A DNA stretch of 64,000 nt, taken from NCBI GenBank assembly GCA_051003195.1, contig JBPCLP010000008.1:168999-232998 (forward strand), read 5' to 3'. The notes beneath the pieces are model-generated. The model was not told the origin of the DNA. It searched no databases and worked only from the letters and a program-made list of their open reading frames with translations. Shown here piece after piece: positions 21,904 to 31,568 of the stretch; within the stretch, counting starts at the first letter, position 1; every line of letters starts with the position of its first letter. The position numbers were made by a program, and so were the translations under genes. Source of the stretch: Candidatus Sumerlaeaceae bacterium (GTDB lineage: Bacteria; Sumerlaeota; Sumerlaeia; Sumerlaeales; Sumerlaeaceae).

Positions 21904-22479
21904 ATGAGGCTCATCGTTGGGCTCGGAAACCCGGGCCGCCAGTACGACAACACTCCCCATAATGTCGGGTTTCATGCAATCGACGAGCTGGCGCAACGAC
22001 ATGCCGGCAACTGGGCCCTTCAAAGGCGCTTTGACGCGATGACGGCAGAAGTGCGAATCTGGGACCGGAATACGACGCTCCTGAAACCACTGACGTATAT
22101 GAACCTGAGCGGACAAAGTGTGGGCGCGTGGCTGAGCAGGAATGGCGGCGAGCCGTCTGAGATACTGGTCATCAGCGACGACGTGCACCTTCCGCTCGGA
22201 CGGATCCGCATTCGAACTGGTGGAAGCCATGGCGGACAAAAGGGCCTGCTTTCGATTATCAACTCACTTGGCACGCTCGAGTTTCCACGGCTGCGCATCG
22301 GTATTCGGCCTGAAACCGAAGAGGTAACGGACCTGGTGGAGTACGTGCTTCGGAAAGTGAAGCCCGCAGATCGCGACGTTTTTAAACAAAGCTGGAGTGA
22401 TGCAGCTGACGCCGTCGAGATGATCTTTAAAAAGGATCTGACGACAGCGATGAATCATTTTAACCGGAAGAACACGTGA
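21904..22479 (+). CDS. pth: Peptidyl-tRNA hydrolase
   Basis: MRLIVGLGNPG, TPHNVGF, KPLTYMNLSG, GSHGGQKG, RLRIGI. Confidence 0.97.
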   Translation: MRLIVGLGNPGRQYDNTPHNVGFHAIDELAQRHAGNWALQRRFDAMTAEVRIWDRNTTLLKPLTYMNLSGQSVGAWLSRNGGEPSEILVISDDVHLPLGRIRIRTGGSHGGQKGLLSIINSLGTLEFPRLRIGIRPETEEVTDLVEYVLRKVKPADRDVFKQSWSDAADAVEMIFKKDLTTAMNHFNRKNT

Positions 22480-22931
22480 CCCCTGACGAGGCCCGGCGTT
22501 GGATGCGCGAGGCAATTGCGCTGGCCCGGCAGGCGGCGGAACTGGATGAAGTGCCTGTCGGCGCTGTTGTTGTACACAATGACAAGCTGATCGGACAGGC
22601 GCACGATCTTCGTGTCCAATTGCGTGATCCAACGGCGCACGCCGAAGTGCTGGCACTTCGCCAGGCCGCTGAGCACCTTGGCGATTGGCGTCTGGAAAAC
22701 TCCACTCTCGTTGTGACACTGGAACCATGTCCGATGTGCGCGGGAGCTGCCCTGCTTGCACGCATCCCACTGGTTGTGTATGGTGCCAAAAACCCGAAGT
22801 TCGGCGCGGTCGAATCGCAGATGCCGCTTCTCGCCCACAAAGGCTGGAATCACCGTACGCAAACTGTCGCCGGCGTGCTGGAGACAGAATGCGCAGAGCT
22901 GCTGCAACACTACTTTCGCGCGAAGCGCTGA
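22476..22931 (+). CDS. tadA: tRNA adenosine(34) deaminase
   Basis: EVPVGAVVV, DPTAHAE, TLEPCPMC. Confidence 0.95.
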   Translation: MTPDEARRWMREAIALARQAAELDEVPVGAVVVHNDKLIGQAHDLRVQLRDPTAHAEVLALRQAAEHLGDWRLENSTLVVTLEPCPMCAGAALLARIPLVVYGAKNPKFGAVESQMPLLAHKGWNHRTQTVAGVLETECAELLQHYFRAKR

Positions 22932-22958
22932 AGACTACTTTCGCGCGAAGCGCTGAAG
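22909..22958 (+). repeat. Perfect 25-bp tandem duplication spanning the tadA stop codon
   Basis: ACTACTTTCGCGCGAAGCGCTGAAG present twice. Confidence 0.95.
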
Positions 22959-22993
22959 GCTACTGAACAGCAGAAAGCATGATCAAGTCGCGA

Positions 22994-25090
22994 TCACGGA
23001 GCAGTAGTGATGCCTGCGGCCGCCGCCGTTTGTGTGGTCATGCTGGTCGAAGCGGTGGTCTCAAGCACAGCCGCGCCCGCGATTGTCACCGTAGTGTTGG
23101 CCGAAAGCGCAGTCGTCATTCCAGGCACTGCGGATGTCGTCCCCTCGATTCCTGCGACAGCTCCCGTGGTAGTACCATCACGAGGAGCGCCGCCTACCTC
23201 CACGATCCATTTGTTTACCTCAGGATCTTTTCCGCCGAGGTCGAGGTACTTTTCATAATTCCGCAAAGCCTGGGTCGGAAGCTTGAGATTGTTGTGATAA
23301 AGAATACCCAGGCTCAGGTAAAAATCCGCTCTGCGCGAGTCTGCGGCGATTGCCTGCTTATAGTACTGTTCCGCCTGTTTGAAAAACCCCACTTTGGTCT
23401 GCTGGTCCGTGGCATCGGCGCCAAGCCGACGCTTCACATCTCCGAGCCGGTTGAGCGCATTGCCAAAGTTCGGCACCATTTCGAGGGCCTTCTGCAGCCG
23501 GGTTTCCGCCTGCCGCGGGCTCTCCTGCGAAAGATCGATCGCGCCGAGTTCCGTCTGCCCTTCTGCCATCAATTGCCGGTAATGGAATGAAAGCTGACCG
23601 CTTCGTTCCAAATGCTGGACGACGTTTAGAAACCACTGTTTGGCGGCGTCGGGCTGCTTCTGCGCCTCCAGGACTTTACCCATCTGGATGTGGGCCTCTA
23701 TCGCGTCCGGCTTTATGGAGAGCACCTTCAGCAGGTTATCTCGTGCGGCATCATACTGCTCCTGCCGATAAGCCAATTGAGCGGCGAGCAGGAACGCGCG
23801 CCACCGGTTCGGCTCCAGCTGTTGCGCGGCATCCAGACTTTGCTTCGCTTTGTCGTATTCCGCCAGAATAATATAAACTTCCGCGCGATCCGCCCACGCG
23901 TCGTAGTTGTACGGGTCGTTCTTCAGCTCGAGTTCAATGTGCTTGATTGCATTGTCGTAGTCCTTTGCGTCCATGTTTGCACGCGCGAGGTAATGCTCTG
24001 CTTTTGGGTATGCCGCATCCATCGACAGGCACTTGGTGAGCATCGAAATCGCGTTCTCAGTTTTGCCGGTATCCTTATAGATTCGTCCGAGCAGAAACAG
24101 CGCGTCTTTATTGTCCGGGTTAAGTTTCAATGCTTCGTTCAGATTATCGATCGTCTTCTGAATGTCCGTGCCGACGTTCTTTTCGCTCATTTTGATGTAA
24201 GATTCCACCAGCCGGTCCAGGGCATCCGAGTATTGCGGATACTTGCCGCGCGCACTCAGCGCCTGCGCGTAATTGGCCGACGCCTTGTCGTAGTCACCGC
24301 GCTGGTAGTAGCGCTTGGCGATGAGATAGTGATACCGCACCGATTCTTCCTCGGTGAGCTGCTCCTCTCCATATTGCAGCCCTTTAAGAATCAGGTCGAT
24401 GCCTTTCTCTTCGGTAACCGAGCTGCGCAGATACAGTTCGCCGAGCATCAGGTGCGCTTTAGAATAGGCCGGGTACGCTTCAATTGCAGCTTCCAGCTGC
24501 CGCTGCATCTCGACTTCGCTGACGGAATCGCGCGCAACCATCGCGCGTTTGAAGTGAATGTCCGCGAGCAGCATGCGCGCGGCTGAAGTAGATGGATCAG
24601 TCGGCGTCATAGTGGTCAGCAGGGATTCGAGGACGCGTTGCGCATTCTCGAACTGGCCAGCAGCCGCGAACGCCTGCGCCTGTGCAAATTGGGTACCTGC
24701 GCTGTTTGCCTGGCTCTGTTGCTGAAGTTGTGCGATCTGCATGAGCCTGGCACGCAACCGAGTCTCCGCCTGTCCGCCGGACACGGCACGTTGTAATGCC
24801 GCCTGGTAGTTCTTTGACGCAGTCACGTAGTCGCGCCGCGCGAGTGCAACGTCACCGTCGACCTCCTCCGCCGTCGTCTCCGTCGAGAGCAGTTCGCGTA
24901 CATCGGCGCGGGGAACACGCACCACGCCAATTTCCGTTTTGATCGCATACTCGGTCGCGGTCTGCTGGGTGATGGCGCCGTTCAGCGTCTGCCCATTGTT
25001 TCGCACAATGCGGTCGGCCCATCCAAGTGCGGCAAACAGCACAAAGGTGGCCACAGACAAACTGCGCCAGCACAACCGGAGTCGATTCAT
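22994..25090 (-). CDS. Secreted tetratricopeptide-repeat protein with Thr/Ala-rich tail
   Basis: Signal peptide, many TPR units (e.g. ALFLLGRIYKDTGKTENAISMLTKCLSMD). Confidence 0.88.
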   Translation of the reverse strand: MNRLRLCWRSLSVATFVLFAALGWADRIVRNNGQTLNGAITQQTATEYAIKTEIGVVRVPRADVRELLSTETTAEEVDGDVALARRDYVTASKNYQAALQRAVSGGQAETRLRARLMQIAQLQQQSQANSAGTQFAQAQAFAAAGQFENAQRVLESLLTTMTPTDPSTSAARMLLADIHFKRAMVARDSVSEVEMQRQLEAAIEAYPAYSKAHLMLGELYLRSSVTEEKGIDLILKGLQYGEEQLTEEESVRYHYLIAKRYYQRGDYDKASANYAQALSARGKYPQYSDALDRLVESYIKMSEKNVGTDIQKTIDNLNEALKLNPDNKDALFLLGRIYKDTGKTENAISMLTKCLSMDAAYPKAEHYLARANMDAKDYDNAIKHIELELKNDPYNYDAWADRAEVYIILAEYDKAKQSLDAAQQLEPNRWRAFLLAAQLAYRQEQYDAARDNLLKVLSIKPDAIEAHIQMGKVLEAQKQPDAAKQWFLNVVQHLERSGQLSFHYRQLMAEGQTELGAIDLSQESPRQAETRLQKALEMVPNFGNALNRLGDVKRRLGADATDQQTKVGFFKQAEQYYKQAIAADSRRADFYLSLGILYHNNLKLPTQALRNYEKYLDLGGKDPEVNKWIVEVGGAPRDGTTTGAVAGIEGTTSAVPGMTTALSANTTVTIAGAAVLETTASTSMTTQTAAAAGITTAP

Positions 25091-25286
25091 AGTCGCGAGC
25101 TCCTCAATAACGGAAAAGCGGAATGCCGGGCCACTTTTTGCCTACCAGCCAAGCCTCCATTGAATCATACGCAGTGAGCGCAAACCCTGTGAGTGCAATC
25201 ATAAAGAGAGCCAGCCGCGGGACGTGAAGCTCGCGACTATTTTATGGCCGCTTCACGGATAACAGCAATGGAAGCGTCTGCCAGAC

Positions 25287-25301
25287 TGGCCTGCAAATTG
25301 C
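25287..25301 (+). promoter_or_regulatory. Putative sigma-54 promoter
   Basis: TGGC-CTGCAAA-TTGC has exact GG-N10-GC spacing, 70 nt upstream of the operon start at 25372. Confidence 0.6.
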
Positions 25302-25371
25302 TCCCTGGTAGACGTTCGCGGAGTAGTTTAGCTCCTGCCACAAAGCAGCACGCGCGGGAAGGGAACATGCC

Positions 25372-26052
25372 ATGCAACCCGACGAAAAATCAGAGCCAAC
25401 CATGAATGAAGCAGCGCAGCGCGCGGCAGAAGCGGCTCGAAAGGCGCGCGAGTATGCGCAAAAGGTTGTCGCTGAGCAGAAGGGTCGCGCGGCGACCGGC
25501 TTGGGCCAGTTCGGATCTGCGATACGCGATACTGCCAGTCGGATGCGCGACGAGCGGGACCTGACCATCGCCGGCTACGCTGAAGCCGCTGCCGCCCAGA
25601 TCGAAAAGGCGGCCGGCTACTTCGACCAGCGCGACCTCAATACGATGCTGACAGACGCACAGCGCTTTGCCCGCCGCAGGCCGGAACTTGTGGTGGGAGG
25701 TATGTTCGTAGCTGGAGTTGCCATTGCCCGGTTCCTCAAAGCAAGCGGCCCCAACAGCGCACAACTTTTGAAGTTCGCGGGCACCAAAGAAGATACATAC
25801 GTACCGCAGAGCATGCGGAAACAGCCAGCTGTTGGCATGCCTGCCGGTGGAAATGATTCCGCCGGACGACGAACGCCAATTTCCGGCTCCTTCAGCAGCC
25901 CTCGCGCATACAGCGCATTTGGACCGGATGGCGCCAACTCACCTTCGCATCCAATTGAGGCGGCCGGGGCCGACTTGTCGGGAGAAGCCCCGCCGTCCAC
26001 GCCGCAGTGGGGTGATCCAGATGGGCCAGGCTCAAACCCGGAGGCACTGTGA
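25372..26052 (+). CDS. Hypothetical stress-type protein (ElaB/YqjD-like C-terminal membrane anchor)
   Basis: Ala-rich helix followed by FARRRPELVVGGMFVAGVAIARFLKAS. Confidence 0.7.
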   Translation: MQPDEKSEPTMNEAAQRAAEAARKAREYAQKVVAEQKGRAATGLGQFGSAIRDTASRMRDERDLTIAGYAEAAAAQIEKAAGYFDQRDLNTMLTDAQRFARRRPELVVGGMFVAGVAIARFLKASGPNSAQLLKFAGTKEDTYVPQSMRKQPAVGMPAGGNDSAGRRTPISGSFSSPRAYSAFGPDGANSPSHPIEAAGADLSGEAPPSTPQWGDPDGPGSNPEAL

Positions 26053-26477
26053 TGCATGACCCAGAGATAAACACCGACTATACCAGCATCCCGTCGCTGC
26101 TGCGTGATTTACGCGACCAGGCGACTACACTTCTGCGCCAGGAAGTCGCGCTGGCGCGTGCGGAAATTACGGAGAAAACCGATCGAGCCGCTCGCAATTT
26201 CGGCATACTGATGCTGGGGGCCCTGACAGCGTTCGCCGGCTTTGTCATTCTGCTGATGGCTGCCGTGGCGGGAATCGCAATCGGCCTTGGAAAAATTGGC
26301 CAGGCGCACAACGCACCATGGCTCGCGCCGCTCATTGTCGGCGGGCTTGTCACACTCATCGGGATTGCCTTTGTGCAGAAGGCAAAGATCAGCCTGAAAC
26401 GAACCACTGTTGTGCCGGAACAGACGGTGCGCACTATGAAGGAGAACCAGCAATGGATCGCAAGCAAAGTGAGCTGA
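26052..26477 (+). CDS. Phage-holin-like/YqjE (DUF1469) membrane protein
   Basis: SIPSLLRDL...LLRQEVALARAEI, two TMs, PEQTVRTMKENQQW. Confidence 0.85.
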   Translation: MHDPEINTDYTSIPSLLRDLRDQATTLLRQEVALARAEITEKTDRAARNFGILMLGALTAFAGFVILLMAAVAGIAIGLGKIGQAHNAPWLAPLIVGGLVTLIGIAFVQKAKISLKRTTVVPEQTVRTMKENQQWIASKVS

Positions 26478-27259
26478 TTGAGGGCGAAGTCGTGCTGACA
26501 AATGACGAGTTCAAAGTGTCACCTCCTCCCGTAGCGCGTACGGCCGACCGCGTGGATCTAAGAAATTCGACTCCCGATGCGATCCGCGCGGAGATTGAAC
26601 GCACTCGCGCGGCAATGGATAATACTATCGACCGGCTGAACACGCGCCTCAAACCTCGCCATCTCATTGACGACGTGCTCAAATATTTCCACGATAGTAG
26701 CGGCACGCAAGCAGAGGGATCCGCACAACGCACGCTGCGAGATGCGGGACAAATGGCGGCCGGGAAACTGAAACGAAACCCGGTGCCGGCGACCCTCATC
26801 GGATCAGGTCTCGCATGGCTGCTGTTCCAGAACAGCGGCGGTGCCGGGCGCAACGCGCGTCCGTCCTATGATTCATACATCGAAGACAAAGAGGACGCCG
26901 CCGGATTTGATGCTGCACGTGCGGCAGGAGACCTAACCGCAAACGCGCATGCAGATGTACGCGACAACGTGCACGAGATCGCAAACCAGGCGTCACAGAA
27001 GGTCGACAGTGTGACCAATGCGCTGGGCAATCTGCTCGATTCAGCGCCACTCGCTTTTGGCGTCGGCGCGCTGGCAGCGGGACTGCTCGCCGGCCTCGTG
27101 ATTCCAGGCACGAAGGCTGAGGACGAGTTGATGGGTGAAGCCTCAGATACAATCAAAGGCGCGGCTTTGGAAGCCGGCTCTGCACTGGCGGGTACATCGT
27201 ATGAGGAGGCCGGCGCATCTTCGCAGACGAGCAAAATCGATCGAATGTGGGATCGCTAA
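26453..27259 (+). CDS. DUF3618-domain protein
   Basis: RBS AAGGAG; PDAIRAEIERTRAAMDNTIDRLNTRLKP; NPVPATLIG; PLAFGVGALAAGLLAGLVIPGT..EDELMG. Confidence 0.82.
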   Translation: MDRKQSELIEGEVVLTNDEFKVSPPPVARTADRVDLRNSTPDAIRAEIERTRAAMDNTIDRLNTRLKPRHLIDDVLKYFHDSSGTQAEGSAQRTLRDAGQMAAGKLKRNPVPATLIGSGLAWLLFQNSGGAGRNARPSYDSYIEDKEDAAGFDAARAAGDLTANAHADVRDNVHEIANQASQKVDSVTNALGNLLDSAPLAFGVGALAAGLLAGLVIPGTKAEDELMGEASDTIKGAALEAGSALAGTSYEEAGASSQTSKIDRMWDR

Positions 27260-27300
27260 GTTCGCCAACCCGCTGGCTAACCGTTTCGCCCCGCGGTACT

Positions 27301-28005
27301 TTATCTAGCCGCGCCGGCTTGCAACCAACCACGGATTTTTGCAGGTGTGACGTTCTCCAGGCTTTCCAGCACGTAGTCGGCATGATGCGCGAGTTGATCG
27401 GACGCGAAAGTATTGCTGATTCCAACAGCCACCATGCCGGCAGCCCGTGCAGCTATCAGTCCGTTAATTGAATCTTCAAAAACAATACAGCGGTTTGGCG
27501 AAACTCCAATGCAGTGCGCCGCGGTAAGGAAAATTTCCGGATCGGGTTTGCCACGCTGGAAATCTTCGCCGCTGACGATGTGCTGAAAGAATGGTCTGAG
27601 GCCGGAGCTTTCGAGATTGAAGTCAATTTTGTCGCGTGCTGCTGAGGAGGCCAGGGCAATTGGAACCTGTGCATCGGCCAGACTGCGTATCAGCTCCAGC
27701 GCACCGGGAAATACCCGCATTCCATGTCCGCGGGCAGCGGCCTCAAAGTAGAGGTCCCGCTTTCGTGCGGAAAAGCGCTCGAAGTCGAGCTTTATGCCTG
27801 GTCGCATTTCCATATCGCGCAGGATATCCGCGTCGGTCAGTCCGCAGTATCGCGCCGCATCTGCGGGATCTACTTCGACGTCCTGCTCCTGAAGGGCCGT
27901 CCGGTACGCGCTTTCGCTGAACGCTTCTGTGTCGACCAGTACGCCATCGTTATCAAATACGACGCCGATGGGGGCTGAAGGCTCAAAAACGTTATCTGGA
28001 CTCAC
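27301..28005 (-). CDS. HAD-family phosphatase (beta-phosphoglucomutase-like)
   Basis: FDNDGVLVDTE, LASS, GKPDPEIF, VFEDSINGL. Confidence 0.92.
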   Translation of the reverse strand: MSPDNVFEPSAPIGVVFDNDGVLVDTEAFSESAYRTALQEQDVEVDPADAARYCGLTDADILRDMEMRPGIKLDFERFSARKRDLYFEAAARGHGMRVFPGALELIRSLADAQVPIALASSAARDKIDFNLESSGLRPFFQHIVSGEDFQRGKPDPEIFLTAAHCIGVSPNRCIVFEDSINGLIAARAAGMVAVGISNTFASDQLAHHADYVLESLENVTPAKIRGWLQAGAAR

Positions 28006-28063
28006 GGAGGCACACCTACAGATTGGAGCTCGGTTGAATGCAACGCCCCATCGTGTTACTCGC

Positions 28064-28097
28064 AAAAAACGTCCGCCGCGGAAGCGCAGCGGACGTT
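28064..28097 (-). terminator. Intrinsic terminator after the Spy/CpxP-like gene
   Basis: AACGTCCGC...GCGGACGTT hairpin followed by a T-run on the minus strand. Confidence 0.65.
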
Positions 28098-28129
28098 GGT
28101 GATCCCTGGTTCGAAGCAGTTAAAAGACG

Positions 28130-28945
28130 CTAGTTGTCCATGAGTTGCTGAAGCTCGCCCGCTACTTGTGCGAGGTCGTCATTGCCGCGCTGCTCGTCAT
28201 CGCCATCGACGCGACGACCAGCGCCCGGGCGGTGCGGGCCGCCCGGACCCCGGCCTGGGCCACGCCCAGTTCCGGCGTCCTTCATTTTCTCCATCCGTTC
28301 CTTAAGCGTGGCCTTCTGTTCATCGGTAAGCGTTGAATCCAGCTCAGCCTTCACCTGCTTTTTCAGTTCTTCCATCTTCGGCTTCAGCTCAGCCTGGATT
28401 GCTTCGCGCTGCTTGTTCACACGCTCCTGCAATTCCTTCAACTTGCCACGCTGCTCGTCGGTCAGATCGTCCAGCGAACCAAGCGCGGCACGCAAGGCGA
28501 TCTCCTGGCCCGCGTCGTGGATCCGTTCACGTATTTCAGGACCATGCTGACGCGCAAACCCACCCACGGCTCCGCCGATGTTCTCTTTCACTTTCTTAAG
28601 CTTCCCCTTTTGCTCGGCATTAAGCACCGCAGCAATGTCTTCTTTGGATTTCTCAAGCACGGCCTTCGTGCCTTCTGCGGTTTTGCGAAGTTCCTTCCGG
28701 GTGTTCTCGAGAATGGGCGCAATCTTCTCCTTCTGCTCATCCGTGAGGTCGAGCCGGTTGGAGAGCATCTCGAGCATCGCGGTAGTCGGGCGATCCCCCG
28801 CGAGTGGACCTGTCCGCCGTCCAAATTGCCGATCAGCACCACCCGGCCCTGGGCCCGGACCGGCGGTGACAGTGACCGCAACGGTGAGTGCAAATGCTGC
28901 TGTAAGCGCGAGTATTGGAAGGGAAGCAGTGATTTTGCGTTTCAT
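28130..28945 (-). CDS. Periplasmic Spy/CpxP-like LTxxQ-repeat protein
   Basis: Signal peptide; LTDEQK, LNAEQK, LTDEQR and LTDEQK motifs. Confidence 0.8.
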   Translation of the reverse strand: MKRKITASLPILALTAAFALTVAVTVTAGPGPGPGGADRQFGRRTGPLAGDRPTTAMLEMLSNRLDLTDEQKEKIAPILENTRKELRKTAEGTKAVLEKSKEDIAAVLNAEQKGKLKKVKENIGGAVGGFARQHGPEIRERIHDAGQEIALRAALGSLDDLTDEQRGKLKELQERVNKQREAIQAELKPKMEELKKQVKAELDSTLTDEQKATLKERMEKMKDAGTGRGPGRGPGGPHRPGAGRRVDGDDEQRGNDDLAQVAGELQQLMDN

Positions 28946-29223
28946 CTGCGGAACTCCTTTAGGATTCTGGATTGCCGTTGTCAGGGGCAAGCCGTGTACC
29001 GCGCACCGTCATCACCGTGTGTACGCAACTACATGCCGAATGTTAAAGGAGTTGCGTGGGACCTGTACCAAAACGTGCGCGTGATCAGCCGTTCCGAATG
29101 GTGCGATTGGTACGCACGCAGCGCACGTTTTGCGCGATAAGAGCTACAGATGTCGGGTGAGTTCGTGGACTGCGCCGGCTCATGCCGAGGCCCCCGGATC
29201 AAAGCCCGTCTACTGCCAACGGA

Positions 29224-29832
29224 TCAGCTTTCGGTGCGGTCGATCCACTTGGGCACGTTGGGTGGCACGTAGCTGCTGAGACGTGTGAGCAGCTCAGCCG
29301 GTGTTTGTGCGACCAGAATCATGTCGCGATGCTCCACCCGAACGAATCGTTGCGTAACGGCGTGACCCAGCAGAGCAATCAGTCCGTCGTAGTAACCAAG
29401 TACGTTCAAGAGAGCACACGGTTTTGTATGCAGTCCGAGTTGCGCCCAGGTCAACACCTCGAGGAACTCTTCCAGGGTGCCGCAACCGCCGGGCATGGCG
29501 ACAAAACCATCGGCAAGTTCCACCATTAGCGCCTTGCGCTCGTGCATGGAATGCACCACCCGCAGATCGCTGAGCCCCTGGTGGGCCACTTCCCTGGCGA
29601 CCAGCGCTTCCGGGATAACGCCGATGACATGTCCACCGGAATCCAGTACGGCGTCCGCCAGCGCACCCATCAGCCCCACACGCCCACCCCCGTAAACGAG
29701 CGTAATCTGATGCCCCGCCAGAAACTGACCGAGCTCGCCGGCTGCTGAAACATAGGCCGGATCGCCTCCCGGGCTCGAACCGCAGAAGACGCACAGGCTT
29801 TTGATGGATACGGTAGCTTTGCTGCTCTCCAT
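29224..29832 (-). CDS. LOG-family nucleotide phosphoribohydrolase (TIGR00730-like)
   Basis: CVFCGSS, LVYGGG, MHERKA, PGGCGTLEE. Confidence 0.95.
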   Translation of the reverse strand: MESSKATVSIKSLCVFCGSSPGGDPAYVSAAGELGQFLAGHQITLVYGGGRVGLMGALADAVLDSGGHVIGVIPEALVAREVAHQGLSDLRVVHSMHERKALMVELADGFVAMPGGCGTLEEFLEVLTWAQLGLHTKPCALLNVLGYYDGLIALLGHAVTQRFVRVEHRDMILVAQTPAELLTRLSSYVPPNVPKWIDRTES

Positions 29833-29906
29833 AAATTGCTCGATACTCGATGCGACGATGTTATCCAGGGCAAATGCTTTCGAGCAGAAATAGCATCTTG
29901 CGCGCA

Positions 29907-31376
29907 ATGATCACTCGCTGGGGCGGAATTGGCGCCGCCATTATTATCGCCAGCTTGTCGCTGGTGCTCTACCTTCCAGGGGCGCTACATTTCTACTTCC
30001 AGAACGACGACTGGGTTTTGCTCGGGTACTTTGGCCGTTGGCGTGGCCGCGATTTCTGGCGCATATTCCTGCCGTGGGAATCGATCTGGATGTACCGCCC
30101 GCTACAGGTGCTCGAGTATGCCGCGTTCTACAAACTGTTTGGACTTCACCCATTTGCGTATAACCTGAGTCTGTTGCTGATGCATGTAGTTGCGGCGGTG
30201 CTCGCGTATGTGCTTCTTCGAATGTTGGCGGGCGGACGCACTGCATTACTGGCGCTCGCAATTTTTTGCCTCACATGGGTGCACGGGGAGGTGCTGCTGT
30301 GGAAGGGGAACGTCAACACGTTGCAGCATGCCTGCCTGGCGCTGGCTGCGTGCGTGTGTTTCCTGCGCTCGTCGCGTTCGGACGCGCGACGCTGGCTTGT
30401 CGCATCTGCCGGGTTCATGCTATTGGATCTGTTTGCGAAGGAGTCGGCCGTGTTCACTCCCGCGCTTATGCTTTTGTGCGCGTGGTACGCGCGGTGCGAT
30501 CGAGGTGCGATTAACGCTGGACCACGCCGGCTGCTGATGTTAATCCTCCCATCAGTAATTCTGTGCGTGGTTTATGCCGCCGTGCGCGCATTCGCGTTTC
30601 GGCATTTGCTCCCAGAGCAACCAACCGATTACGTATTTGTCGGGCTGCAGCGCGGCATCTTTCAGTTCCTGTATTCATACAAGTTCGCGCTGCTGTCCTT
30701 TTACGAGGATCCGCTGCTGCTTCCGCGCGTGCCAGGTGTCCAGGCAGTGCTTGGCGCCATCTGGGGACCACTTGTCATTCTGCCCGCTTTGCTGCTGCTG
30801 CTGGCGGTGCGGCTGCGTGACCGTCTACTGCTGTTCGCGCTGGCATGGATGCCGATCGCATTTGGTCCGTCGCTGTTTCTCGAGCGTTTCAATTTAGGGC
30901 GATACTACTACTTGTCCGATATCGGCGCCGCGCTGATATGGGCACGCCTGCTCCTGCTCGCGACGGAAGCTGTTCGTCGAATACAGATCTCCAGCGTACG
31001 TCGAGCCGCATATTTTACGGGCACGCTGGCATTGGCCTATCTTGCCCTCGCAAACATTGCGACAATCCGCAAGCAGGTTACCGAACAGGAGCGCGACAGC
31101 GCCACGACGCGCCGGCTGTTTCGCTTCGTTGAGCAGCACCGGGCCGAAATACCGCCACGTTCCGTCGTCTGGATTTATCCGCCGGCCCATACTCATACCG
31201 GGGTTGAATGGGGCGCGCGGGAGATGATCCAGTTCGCGAGTGGCGACACGACGCTCGAAGGACATGTGGAGGGTGAGCCGCTGACGATGGCCAGGCGCGC
31301 GAAGCTTGATGGCTATGGTGTTGTTTCAATCGATATGCGGCAGGAGCCGTGGCGGCTTGCCCGCGATTTAAATTAG
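29907..31376 (+). CDS. Multi-pass membrane protein, putative GT-C glycosyltransferase (paralog 1)
   Basis: NDDW after TM1, YRPL, AKES, RYYY; about 11 TMs. Confidence 0.7.
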   Translation: MITRWGGIGAAIIIASLSLVLYLPGALHFYFQNDDWVLLGYFGRWRGRDFWRIFLPWESIWMYRPLQVLEYAAFYKLFGLHPFAYNLSLLLMHVVAAVLAYVLLRMLAGGRTALLALAIFCLTWVHGEVLLWKGNVNTLQHACLALAACVCFLRSSRSDARRWLVASAGFMLLDLFAKESAVFTPALMLLCAWYARCDRGAINAGPRRLLMLILPSVILCVVYAAVRAFAFRHLLPEQPTDYVFVGLQRGIFQFLYSYKFALLSFYEDPLLLPRVPGVQAVLGAIWGPLVILPALLLLLAVRLRDRLLLFALAWMPIAFGPSLFLERFNLGRYYYLSDIGAALIWARLLLLATEAVRRIQISSVRRAAYFTGTLALAYLALANIATIRKQVTEQERDSATTRRLFRFVEQHRAEIPPRSVVWIYPPAHTHTGVEWGAREMIQFASGDTTLEGHVEGEPLTMARRAKLDGYGVVSIDMRQEPWRLARDLN

Positions 31377-31568
31377 TTTCGCCAGGGATTCGCGGTGGGA
31401 CTGAAACACGTGGCGAACGGCTTGCATGTCTATTGCTTCGACCTTGCCGCGAAACCCCTGTTTTGCATAGCCGTAGCGTGCGACCGCCGGTGTTCGGGTC
31501 AAGGGAGTTGCTTCATGCGCGGGCGAAAACCCTTGCCGCTGTTTGCCACTTGTTCTTGAGGCAGTGCG

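Noticed and set aside
21355..22479. 374-aa ORF suggesting an N-terminally extended Pth
   Set aside because: The extension is antisense to the lipoprotein gene, and the canonical Pth start MRLIVGLGNPG is at 21904.
26052..26477. Prophage suggested by the holin-like gene and the lytic transglycosylase
   Set aside because: The YqjE-like/DUF3618 context is a cellular stress operon, and no phage structural, terminase or integrase genes are seen.
29024..29040. Sigma-54-like site upstream of the Spy-like gene (minus strand CGGCATGTAGTTGC)
   Set aside because: GG-to-GC spacing is 9 nt rather than the required 10.
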